Origin: the human T2T-CHM13v2.0 reference genome, Homo sapiens
Assembly (NCBI RefSeq): GCF_009914755.1
Contig: NC_060943.1
Direction: 5' to 3' (one strand)
DNA length: 64,000 nucleotides
Shown: positions 15,092 through 31,413 of the stretch, piece after piece
How the letters are laid out: every line of letters starts with the position of its first letter
How positions within the stretch are numbered: the first letter of the stretch is position 1
The notes under the pieces: model-generated
Databases searched by the model: none
What the model saw: the letters and a program-made list of their open reading frames with translations, nothing else
Told to the model about the DNA's origin: nothing
Position numbers and translations under genes: made by a program

Positions 15092-16021
15092 CATTATTGA
15101 TTCTTGTCCTTATACCCAGGTCCTGAGTCTAAGACAGGGTCTCAGGGCTAGGAGAACTCTGGAGAGAATTCCATCGCAGCGTTGACTGCAGGGCTGCTAT
15201 ATTTGCTATGTCTGAGTTCCTCGGTGGGCCTTTTCTAAATAAGTTAGCATCTCAGCCCCAAAACAGCTGAGCTGCAAATTAAGCAAAGACCAGTATTAGC
15301 CAGAGCCAACCCTGATTTTCACAATCACGTCCCCTGCCCTTTCTCCTCCTCTTCATCGTCAGGGTTGGTCATTATGCATCCTTCTGGTTTACTTGGGCCC
15401 TCAATAAGAAATAAATTAATATGTATGCCTCATAGCACCAAGGATTTTAGATGTTGATGTGCTGTTGAAGAAACATAGGTCTGTGGCTTTTAGCAGAGAA
15501 TGAATGACAGAGGGATAATTTATGATGGTCCTTGAGACCTGAACTACAATTATGAAGTATTTCTAGGTGTATATTCAGGATGCAAAGTGCAAGGAACCCA
15601 GAGCTAATGTTAATTTATTACTGACAGCTGTATATATAATAATATATCACGTCTTTTCATCTTACATTCCTTCTGACTTACATCAAGCAATCTTTTCATT
15701 CATTAATAAAATCAAGTCTTGCCATTATTCTTAATGATGAAGTCCCATCTTGAACCCAGAGGACTCCTATCATTAAACTCCGTGCTTCTATATACCAGTC
15801 ATCTGAAGCTCAAAAAAAAGGATAAATTGAACTTCTTGTTTTACAAGCAAGGTGAAAACATCGGAAAGATAGAGCCCACTTGCTCACAGTCCCACAAGGG
15901 CTAAGTAGCAAAGTCAGGGACAATTTCGGGGTTTATTTTTCTCAGCTCGCACTACCACATCCTTTTTTGCCTTTTAGCTCTCTTGCCTCCTCTCACCTTT
16001 CTACAATCTCTCCTTTTTTGA

Positions 16022-16326
<305 letters not shown>

Positions 16327-17274
16327 GAGGCAGTATATTTTTTAAAGGTCATGATAAAAATTACACCTTAAAGAAATACGGGCCACACGTCTCGTCCAAT
16401 TTTCGGTTCTGTGCCAAAGACTTACATGATTAATCCCTTCAAAACAAATCTAATCTAATCTTATCACACCAAAGACAAGGTGTCCTTCATAAGTATTGTG
16501 GCTGGAAACAAGTAGGTCTTCCTCCAGTTTCAACTCGTTCAATGTCTCATTCAGTTTACAACCAGTCATCACCTTGGCAACTTACTCGAGGCACTGTCTT
16601 CAGCGTTCCCAAAACGTAAGTAGTGCTCCAGTTCAGCTTGTAAAATCATCAAACTCCGTGGTCACTTTAGGAGATACAGAGACCCATGATACTTGTAGAT
16701 AAAGCGAAACCTTTAGCCTCATCGACTAATTAATGGCCTCAAAGTAAAATAATGAGGTGTGTGGAGATAGGGATTCAGTTACTGGGTCATCTCTCATCTG
16801 GAGACACAATCAGATTCCACTGAATAGGCGCTAGATAACTGAATAAGCGAGTTTCCTATCTATAATACTAAATCTTACTAGGATTGTTTAATTAAATCAT
16901 GATAAATAACACTCTGTGGCAGGTGAGAGGTGCTGAGAAGAGCTTAGGTGAGATGTCCACAAGTTCAATGGAACTACATCTGAATGCCTTTGCATTCTTC
17001 TGACTTAAAAATGTTGACTGTAACTTTCCAGAGAGTTCTTTTCTAGGAAAGAGAAATACTGAGGTGCTGTGTCCCAGGCTTTTTGAAGTTGTCTTGGTTT
17101 TCCTATCAGATTCTGCATTGTATACTTTCTCAGTCTTCAGGAATGAAGGTCCTAATTCCTTCATTATCATTCCTTTCTGCCTATAATGATTTCTTCCTAA
17201 TGGCTCTGGCTGTTCCAGGTACATCAGAGTAGGGAGTGGGTATCAGTGGCTGTGTCATGCTACAGTAACAAGCA

Positions 17275-18148
<874 letters not shown>

Positions 18149-18929
18149 TCAGCTCCAAAATCATCAGAGACTTGCTCACCCTACATATCCACCACCATGG
18201 GTCAGCTGGGGACTCAGCTCATCATTGTCCCTCTAAGATGCTGGCTGACGGGATGGCCGCCACCTGAAACACTGCCAGTCATCAAGCCAAAGGGAAACAT
18301 ACTCTGGAGGGAACTGCACTGGCAATTAAATGCTCCAGTATGAAGGGAATGCCCTCACTCCCACACACGATCCATTAGCCAACACCAGTACTGGCCACAC
18401 CCCCGAGCCACAGGGTCAATGGAAACTAACCTTATGCCAGAAGAGGGACAATGGGAACTAGCTGGTGAATACCAGTAATGAGCACCACAGGAACTTCAAA
18501 CGAAGATACACTTTCGTTCGCTTGTTTTAAAAGTTCTTTATTATCCCTAGATTATATTTTCTCTATTGTGTTTCTGCACTCTCCCTTGATCAAATAATTC
18601 TGTCATTTCGTCTGTCTACTTTCAGATTCATGGACATTACACTTAAGACATGACTAACGAAAAGCCTCTCTTCAGATAATGATAAGTTAGGATTGTTTGT
18701 GCCAATAGCCCAAGGCAAGGAATTTCTCATATTACTTGTTTGTTCTCCCTTTCAACACTTCGTATTTCTGGGTTTTCTTCACTGTTTTTTCTTTCCACCC
18801 TTCCATGCTAGTCTCCTGCTCAATCTCTTACCTTTTATCGAAAAAAAAATTACTCAACATTTTATTTTTTCACAGCTATTTGGTCTAATTGGCAAAGGAT
18901 TCTGTGGAATAGCAGAATTCTAACTTTGC

Positions 18930-19308
<379 letters not shown>

Positions 19309-20039
19309 TTATCAGCCTGTCTGATTCTAAATTTTGTTGGATCTTCCTCCCAGGACCGTGGACAGCCCAGCCAGCTGTAAAGGCCTCTAAAAAGATCTGG
19401 AACAGATCCCCAAGAGGTATCTCACCAAATGAGTCCATTCCACTACAATGGCCAGAATCTTCAGTTTTACACCCTTGCTCATGCCCACCGCTCACCCGGA
19501 GTCCAGACCCAAGCACCATGCTGCGTAGTTCCTAATACGGCAAAACTATCCAGCATTTTTGGTGAAATTGGCTGGAATGCTTCACTTAGTCCGTTTTTCA
19601 CTGTTAGCAGGAGAACCACCCTAGTATCTTTCATAAAACAGATCCGAATGACAAACACCATCGTGCCCTCGGAGGGCTGAGCTTGTGTTACTGGGTCTGG
19701 TCCTACAAACCCTGAAAATCCTGAATCTCTCAAGCAAAGAGATTCCCCAGGGCCAGCTCTGGCCCTTAACAGGCACCCCTTAACGCCAAGCTGCGAATCT
19801 GGCTAGGACCTCTATATTTTAGCCAAGAACACCTTGAAATGTACAGTCCTACCAAAGGAACTAATACAAATCCAGAAGCACAAGGCTAAAGAAAAAAAAA
19901 AAAAAAACCCCAATGCCCATTGTTGAAAGCCAATTGCGGGGTGAGTGGGGTGATAAGGCTAGCCCACAGCGGATTTAGGCGACGTGGGGAGATGCCAAAG
20001 TGAATACACGGTGACTTCTAAATCTAGACGTCTGGAAGG

Positions 20040-20745
20040 GGCCATGAGAGCCAGACAACTGGGCCCGAACCCCGCCCGGGAGCCAGGGTTTGCAAGGGGC
20101 TAAACCGGCTGGGGAGCCTCCCTCTCGCGGGTCCAGCCTCGGCGGCCCGGGACGCCGGTAGGCGGGGCCTGAGCCTCGCCCCGCCCCCGCTGCCCGCCAT
20201 TCGGGTCACCTGACCCACCCGCGGCTCACGTGATCCGTCCCCAGCGCCGCCATTTTGGAGCTCCGGATGAGGAGGGGGAAACCGGGGGAAAAGAGGGAAA
20301 AGAGCCGGGAGAGAGGTGGGCAAGGACGAGGGCGAGGGCACGGCCGGGTCCTGGCTGGCCAAACGAGGCTCGCGGAAGCAGCAGCCGCCGCCTGACCGCA
20401 GGTACCGCGCCCCGGGGCCGCCCCTCCGCCCGCTGTTAGCGCCGCCGCCGGCCATGTGCATCCTCCCCTCAGGCCTCTGCCGGCGCTCGCTTCCTCCTCA
20501 GCCGGCCGACCCCCGCCTGGTGCTAGCCACAAGCCCCAAGTTCCGTGTCCCGGTTCTGTCTTCTGTGCAGCAAGGCCTGCGGAGACTCTGGGCTTGCCCT
20601 GCAGCTGGGGGTGGGGGGAACTTGCTGCTCCCTGCATACTGTCACCAGCCCGGCCCGCCCGCAGGCGTTGCTTCCTTCTCCAGGCGTTGCTTCTTTCTGC
20701 AAATGTGAGATCGCTTAGGCCAGCCGGGATGGACCCAGCCACGAT
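20040..20745 (+). promoter_or_regulatory. ZNF507: CpG-island, TATA-less promoter of ZNF507
   Basis: Very GC- and CpG-rich; GC boxes at about 20161 and 20179; E-box TCACGTGA 20226-20233; YY1 motif GCCGCCATTTTG 20246-20257; ETS-like CGGAAG at about 20373. Confidence 0.9.
20250..20401 (+). other. ZNF507: ZNF507 exon 1 (5' UTR; TSS position approximate)
   Basis: Lies in the CpG island and ends at the donor CGCAG|GTACCG (GT at 20402). Confidence 0.7.
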
Positions 20746-21862
20746 GTTCTCACAGCATCTTTTGATTAATTTTCTAAGCTCCCTCATTCCCGACCCATCA
20801 CCTCAGTCCTTTAGCCAGTGCGTGGTGTAGAAAAAGCTACTACAGAAACGCAGCCCTGGTCTTCTGCATTTATTACCATCCTCTGGAGATAGAATGATGT
20901 CTCCAGAGATCACGGAGACCATCAAGGAAAGTTCCCACCTCTTAAGACCTGGGGGCATCGGAATGAATGGTTTGTGTAGAAGGCCGGGATGATTAATAAG
21001 GTGGCGGCCACTTTCCCAACCCCAAGGCGGTATTTTTAAGTTTCTGCAGTGGGCTGTAATTTGCTATCAGTCTGCATCGCTCTTCTCAGGCAATTACTGG
21101 ATTTATCACCTCTTTGAGTTTGCACTTTCTCCAGTACTCCCCTCTCACTCAGAGTATGGGTTGCATTATTGATTAAAAGAAAGCCTGGCCCTTCATTCCT
21201 TTACCTCACTAACTCGTTGAAAATTAACTTCAGGGGAGCCCTAAAGATGTTTTTTCTGCCCTGGCAGTGAGCTATTTTACTTAACCGTAATCGATAAGGT
21301 AGTTGCATTCTAGGTGAAACGAATAAGCATTTTTTTATCTTTTAGATTTATTCCAGCCAGTATAAGAAACAGTGGCAAAGAAATGTAGGACCAGAGTAGG
21401 AAACTGCGTTAGAAGATATATAGGTCACACCACTGTGTCATATCTTTTTATGCTGTTTTTCTGCCTATTGTGCTTGGTTGCAGAATCACTCGTTAGATTG
21501 TATTTTTAGTTTAGATTAAAATAGCAATGTGCAATTTATTGTTCCATTCTCATTAGAAAATGTTGTCAGTAAAACCAATAGTGTTGAGTCCAGTACCTAA
21601 ATTCTGAGGTAAAACAAAATACACAATTATTGGGAGAAGTTTCCAGAGCTATTTTTTCCTAACTTCTGCAAAATCCTCAAGTCGGCTTGTTAGATAAATT
21701 ATTTAAATTTGCATTACGTAATAGGGTTGCATGAACATTCCTCTGAATTTCTTTTTACATGGAATATTGAGAAATTTTTCACTGCCAAAAAAAAAATCAT
21801 TACTTTGTTTCACCAAGAAAGAGAAATGTTTTGATACTATATACTTTCGTTCTTGGCCACAG

Positions 21863-21956
21863 CTGGATTTTGAAGATTGATCCAAGGGACTGTATTAATT
21901 TCAGGAATTGATTTGAAAGACACTGGCTCTGCCACTTAACAGCCATGTAACCTTGG
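21863..21956 (+). other. ZNF507: ZNF507 exon 2 (5' UTR, 94 nt, 3' part MIR-derived)
   Basis: Acceptor tttcgttcttggccacag| and strong donor TGG|GTAAGT. Confidence 0.7.
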
Positions 21957-22070
21957 GTAAGTCACTTAAACCACACTGAGTGTTTCCTTATTTATAAGCC
22001 TGTATAACACCCACCTAGCCTGTCCTAAAGAGTTATGAGGATCAGATACCACTAACATGTTTGATAGAGC
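21921..22070 (+). mobile_element. MIR fragment overlapping the exon 2 donor
   Basis: gctctgccacttaacagccatgtaaccttgggtaagtcacttaa resembles the MIR core gctctgccacttactagctgtgtgaccttgggcaagttacttaa. Confidence 0.8.
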
Positions 22071-24269
22071 CTAGCTGTAAGGAGCTGTTACTCTTTTCAG
22101 TATTGATATTTTGTACATTTTTATTCTCATTGAGAATTAAGATGAAAATTGGTGTATTAGAGAAAGCATGGTTTTAGAGTGAGATTGGCCTGGATTCCTG
22201 TTCTTAAACCAGTTACCACTTTGTGTCTGTGAGTCTCAGGTTTCTCATCTGCAAAAAAAAAAAAAATACACAAAATTTGAATATTACACAAAATCTACAG
22301 AGGCATTACTCCCTAGACTTGCACCTCATGGGCAAGGATTTCCTCAGTCATTTTTGTAGTCCCCAGCATTCTGGTTGGCACATTATAGGTGCTCAATAAA
22401 TGACAGTAAATCTGAATATTGGTTAATGTTAGTTAGACCTTATGTCTTCATTGCAGCTGCCAAATTAGAATATTCTCTCAGGCTATGTGCCAACTAAGAA
22501 ACTCTAGACTATGAAACTCCATATACTTGTGATATTTATACTCATTTTTTTCTTAGTGGTAATTAATAATTACCTTGGGCTCAGAAGATTTTAAATCAAA
22601 TAAATTGTAGCCAATATAGTGAGGTAAATCTATAAATAATGTGTAAGCAGTTTCCAGGTAACTTTATAGACAGTTTATAATTCAGGGACCTGAAAGTTCA
22701 TCTAGCTTCACCCTCTTGTTTTACATCTGAGCAATCTAAAACTCACAGAGACAGTGACTTGCCTAAGGTCACACAGCTAATTGAGGGCACTTTAGGGGAG
22801 GGACCCTTGAGCTTATGTCCCCTGCCTTCTTTTGGCTGGAGCAAAATAAATTTGTCATATTTTAGAATTACAATAATCTGGAAGAATGGGGAATTTATTG
22901 GCCATTACTTTTATAGCACAATTTTTTTTTTTTCCCATTTTGGAAAAAACAAATTCTTGTTCTGAAAGAGAAGGTTCTTTTGTATCATATTGTACTTTTC
23001 TTCATATAAACACAGAAAATTACAGCCTTTTCTCCAGGCCCACATGAATTGTTCAACTTGATTTTACTCATGATGACCATACTACTGTAATTATAAAGAA
23101 CTAATTAGATACCCAAATAACCAAATAGCAAATTATAAGGAAATAAAGACAACTGAAATAATTTGGCTCCTAACTTTTTGTGAGAAAGATATTAATTAGA
23201 AGCATTTGCCTGTGGAATACTGTTGTCAAGGAAAGATTTGAGAGAGTTGGTGGAAAGGGTTATAGAACTTTTCTGGTTTGGGATACAACTTTTGTTTATT
23301 ACTTATTTATTGGTAACAATTTAATATATTTAATGTTGTTATGTCTAAACATTACAAACAAGAAATCTCCTGTTTTGCTAATGCCTGTCGTCTTCTTTCC
23401 TCCTGGTGAACTTTCCTATTCAGCCATATCGATCTTTTCACTCACCCCCAGATAGCATGCTTATTCTTACTTCTAAAAATATAGTCATGTCATGGCTGCT
23501 TTTCTGGTCACTGCTACCCTTGTGTCAACTTGTATCAGCAGTATTCCAAGGAAGCAAATGGCACGTTGAAATGAGGATAATTCAAGGAAGGTATATTTAC
23601 AAAGATATTAGTAATAAAGGTGTTGGACTTCAATAAGCAAACCACAGCATAATGCAGTTATCTGGAGCTAGCAGCATTAGGAGAGGGAGAGGCATCAGAA
23701 TCAGAAGAAGGGTCTTGGAGAGCAGCCTACCTGGAAAGAAATAGCCTTCTATTGAGGAACACAGCCAATCCAAGGTGACCTAGAGGTAGAGAACCAGGAC
23801 GATGAATATTCTGATCTCACTCTGCTACCTCCCTCTGATCTGTCATGGTTCTTCATTGGCTGACCTCAACCAGAAGGCAGAGGACAGGGGAGCCTAGTGA
23901 TGTAATCCCTCTGACAGAGAGCAGAATGGAAAGGAGGATACAGTGAGCCTAGAGGGCAAATGGATGATGTCTGGCATGCTGCCCATCCTTTGGGAACCAG
24001 TGGACATCTTACCTCTCCATGAAGCTTTTGCTTACCTTGCTAGCCCAAAAGAGCTCTTCAGTATCTTTCAGGATTTAGTCATTGACTGTTGCCTTTTATT
24101 TTACCTTGTGTACCATTGCGTTGTTTAAATGCTGTTACTTTTTAACTTCCAAATGTTTGCCTTATCCACTCAACTCAGTTTTAAACTGCAAGTATTAAGA
24201 ATTTAAAATTTTTCCTGATACTTTGCCTTGCGCCTTGCACATAACAATTTGTTTGTTACACACACACAC

Positions 24270-24820
24270 ATATTTGTATTTCTGCATTAGTGGTCTAAAT
24301 AAAATTTCTGTGATTTTAAGGAATCAAGAAAGTTGAAGGATTGGCCTTAAGGTAACTTCCCCTCTGTGTATACTTTATTATGATCTGTTTAGCCTTTTTA
24401 TTATGAAAAATGTTAAACATTTACATAAGTAGAAAGAACAGTGAATTCCTAGGTACTCATCATGCAACTTCAATTACAGAATTAGTCATTCTTTCTTTAT
24501 TCTCATCCTATCCACCCCACCACTGCAGTATCACCAAGGTAATTGTTTTAAAGCTGTGCTTACACTGATCTCTTGGAGGCCAAGGAGAGTATGCAGATTG
24601 TCATAGTTTATGTTGTCATCACTATTGAGCCACTGACATTGTATGTATACTCCTTATTTCATCTCTTTTGTTCAGATTTGCTTCACTTGACACACAATCT
24701 CATATATATGTATTTCTGCATTAGTGGTCTAAGTAACATTTTTGTGAAAATTGAAAGAGTTGGCCTTACAGTAACTTCCCCTCTGTGTATACTTTATTAT
24801 CAGCTGTTTATCTAACCTTT
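24270..24820 (+). repeat. Diverged local direct duplication (about 24270-24400 and 24703-24820)
   Basis: Identical blocks tgtatttctgcattagtggtctaa and gtaacttcccctctgtgtatactttattat in both copies. Confidence 0.85.
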
Positions 24821-26034
24821 TTTTTTTTTTTTAACAGAGACTTGTTTTTATGAGATTAACCTGTGCATTGATTTTGCATGGGGACCCAAACTGGTTTTTC
24901 AGGTGTTTCCTGACGTATTTCATGTTGTCATATCTGTTTTATAGCTGCCATTACTGTACTTATCCCCAAATGTATGCAGCCTTTAAAATGAGATACTTAC
25001 ATAAATGTTCAGGGAAAATTGGAGCATCTGCTGCAAATTTCCATTAGCTCTTAATGCCTGAGCCGACACAGCTTTAAAAATCTGAATGTTTTGTCAGATT
25101 CTTTTGTATTAGTCTTTTTCTTGAGTTAAGATGAACTCCTCCTTCTCTTCATTTCACTTTCTTTTTAAGGTACACACTGAAATATCCACAGGGAGCAATT
25201 TGCACTGGTCTGTGTCACTTCTCTTATTAAGTAGAAGAAAGATAACATGAGTCACCTTTGTAACCCTACGGGTGTGCAAAGTCTCTTGAGCAAACATTCA
25301 CTTGTTAACCTCCAGATGATCAGTCAGCCTACATGGGTGTTACATTTCATGGGGAAGGAGACCTTAGATCTACAGCAGAGAGCCGTATCGTGTTCAGGAG
25401 GATTCCTATTATTAAACTTATTATTTAATCAATTTGCATTTAACCATTGAACTGACAGACATAAGGCCTTAAGTTAATCACCTTAAAGGGAAATCAGTAG
25501 TCACATGAAGAGCCACAGCTCCTCTTGGCCTAAAAATGTGGAATTCTAAGACAATAAAGTGACTTAGGAAGTCACAAAAGGGTTTTTCTAAGGAAACAAA
25601 TTGTTCCCCCATTGATCTCCTCTTTAATGACTTACAGCTGAGCGTAGAGATCTAAAAAGACTTTTGTTCCTTCTACCTGAGAAAGATGAAACAGAACTAG
25701 TCTTTTGAGAGATTGTTTAAGGGAGAGTGGCTGAAGGACCACGGGCCTTTGGGAGCCAGGGTAGCTGTCATTGTTGGAATGGCCATGGAATGCATGTGAG
25801 GGCAGTTAGAGACAGCTAGTAGCCAAGAGAAAAAAAGCTGATGCCATAGGGCAGAGTATTATTAGGAAGAAGGGAAGAAATAGTACTGAAGAAGCCAAGA
25901 GTAAAGTGTTTGCATTTTTGCCTGATGTGGACCTAGATCTAGAAAGCTGGCTTGCCAGAAGGAGTAGAAAATCAGGAAGAAAAGCCATAGCTGCTGCCCA
26001 GAGTTGTGGGCGACCTGGCACTGAAGCTGGTCAG

Positions 26035-26035
<1 letters not shown>

Positions 26036-26093
<58 letters not shown>
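26036..26093 (+). repeat. (TG)29 microsatellite
   Basis: Uninterrupted TG run. Confidence 0.97.
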
Positions 26094-26094
<1 letters not shown>

Positions 26095-27415
26095 CGTGGG
26101 GGGGCGGGGCCTGTTTTTGTGTTTGTGTATATGTGTGTGTGTGTGGCGTGGGGGCGGGGGGGGGGGGCGGGGCCTGGCAGGACATTAGGTATCATCTTGG
26201 CAGGGGCTGAAGGGCCCTTATATGTTGATTCAACCATGCGGGGAAGAACAGCCATGATTCACCACCTAAAATAAGAATTCAGAGCCTGGGACTGAAGTTT
26301 AAGAATAGTGTGGTCTTTGGTCTATAGCTAGTGCCACTAAAAATTTTGTTGGCATTTATTGAATGTTGTGAGTAAGATTCCAGAATGCACCTAAAATGTG
26401 GAAAAACAAAACTTGTTGCTGGAAAAAAGCCTAAACTTAAAAATGTGATCCAAGTCAACAAATTAATCTCACTTTAAGCCAAAGGAAATGTTTGAAATGA
26501 AAGTACTGCCAGGAAATAGAAAGAGTATTCTAGACTTAGGCAGAAAGATTTATGGGTATTTTATGTTTAGTGACTTCCTCAGCCATAATGCATTATTAGA
26601 ACGAACAAATAACCTCTTCTAAGGACTCTGTTCATATCTGGAACTGAAACACAACTGGGATATCAATTTTTTCCTTCTCTGATGTCCCTTACCCTTTCAG
26701 GGAAAAAAAAAAAAAACCATATATGTGAATATGAGTAATAGTTGACCACTAATATGACCTCTAAAAAAAAACCACAGCATAGTTTGTGGTTTATCTTCAG
26801 GAAGATAAAGGAAGTAAAAGTAGGAACTAGATTATTGCTTTTATTTAATTTCATTTATATAGTACTTTCCCAAATTCAATATGCCCTGTACAAACTACAT
26901 GACTATAGTTTCACAATTTCAAAGATTTGGGGAGAAAAAAAACAAATTTGTGATTTTAGTAATAAAACTGCAGCTATATTTGGTATAAGAAATACTCTCA
27001 AGAATTGTATCAGTCATTGGCTTTACAGAGTGATGTTTCACAGTAACTGGAGGGGTTTCACATGCCTTGAGAATGGCTGTGCTCCTTTAATCAAGGAATA
27101 GGAGTCTTTTTTTTTTTTTTCTTGGCATTGTGCAAAAGGGAGGGAGTACTTTTGGTCCTGCTGGATGCTGAAGGCAAAGAAAGTGAAGAAAAATGGAGAA
27201 AAAGATCATCATTTCCGAAGAAATAAGTGATAGAGGGGAGTATCTTCATCATTAGTCTTGATAGAAGATTGCATTGTAAAGAGAAATTCTAACCAATTTA
27301 AATCTATACTGGGGATCGCCGGGTGTGTGGACATGGAGCTTCCAGCTTAGAAAATACTTAGATGAGATTACAGACACTAACATTCTCTTATATTTTCCAA
27401 ATTACATGCCTGTAA

Positions 27416-29638
<2,223 letters not shown>

Positions 29639-30392
29639 TGAGAAGGGAACTTTGTAGATCTAATCCAATCACCTCATTTTATAGATAAGGAAACTGGGTC
29701 CCAGAAAAGTTTGATAAGTTGCCCAAGGGGATCCCAACTTACCAGTATTAAAGTTGGGACTGTTCAGAATTTCTGCTGTAGAATCCTTTTCCCTGCCTGC
29801 TGCCTCCTTGACAGCCTCTGTGTTTTAGTGTGTATAGTTTAAAGTGTTGATTTTCTGTTGCAAGAGAATTGTAGGGAGTGTATAGTGGATTGACATACGT
29901 TTGACTTAACGTATTGACATACGTTTGACTTAAACAAATTTAACCGTACATCATCACAACAAAAAAATACATATTTTTCATCTTATATGGCCCCAGAATG
30001 CCAGGCATTCAGTTCAGCTTCTACATAACCAACAGTGATGTGTATCATTGCAGAAGGAAAAATGGGCTATGGCGGACCTATTAAAAGGTACTGTCATGGA
30101 AATAGAGCCATGTGTGTCATGTTTTATGGGCAGGGTAAAGAACTTTCAAGAGTTATTTTGACTGTCTGATTTTTATCTTAAGTGCTGACCTTATCAAAAC
30201 CAATATCCTGTATGAAGTGCTATTCTTTTATAAAGGAAACGTTGAATCATTGGTTTAGAACTTTTCTTCAGTGGGCCAGGTGACTCCTTGAAAATGTATT
30301 ACAAATGTTATCCTAAGGGCTAACTAGGAGGTAGACTTTTTCCCTCAGATTACCGAGAGCTGGGGTCTAGCTGTGGTAAAAAGGTCACAGGA

Positions 30393-30675
<283 letters not shown>

Positions 30676-31248
30676 TCACTGCTTCTCAGATTACACTCAT
30701 GAAATTCCAAGTAGGATGTCCACATAGGCTGCAAAGACAAGTTCCTGAAGTCTCCAGGAGTTTCTTTTGCTACTGAGCTCTTGATTCATGGGAATGGAAG
30801 TAGAGGAGACAGGATGTCCTTGGAGGAGCACTTCCAGTTAGATCTCTTACACATTTAGATATTTCAATGAAAAATTAGGAGTCTGGTGATTACTGATTGG
30901 ATTTTTTTTTGTGAAGTTGCATTATTCTGAACACTCTGCTCGTTCCTCCTCTGGGCCTACCAGTGTTTCAGTAAATACGGACACGCCCTGTGTAATCACC
31001 TAAGAAAATGGTGACTTCCTTTCAGAGAATATGAAGAGGAACTGTCCGTTGAATGTGATTATGATTTGCTAATGTACTTCTTTCTATAAATTGTCAAATG
31101 TGTCAAATGATCCTTTAGCAGACTTGATTTTAAAATATGGTAATTCGTTGTACTAGGCCATGAAAGCAATGAACCTGTTCTTCTACAGCCTCCTAAGAGT
31201 TGGACATGTATATTTATTGAAAATTACATATTTCTTTCCACTTTTTAG

Positions 31249-31413
<165 letters not shown>

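Noticed and set aside
20024-20830. Long overlapping ORFs on both strands in the CpG island (up to 193 aa)
   Set aside because: Expected from stop-codon scarcity in GC-rich DNA. The minus-strand aaaATGGCGGCG is the YY1 motif and would open only about 15 codons.
25806-26274. ORFs with CVCVCV / HTHTHT runs
   Set aside because: Translations of the (TG)n microsatellite.
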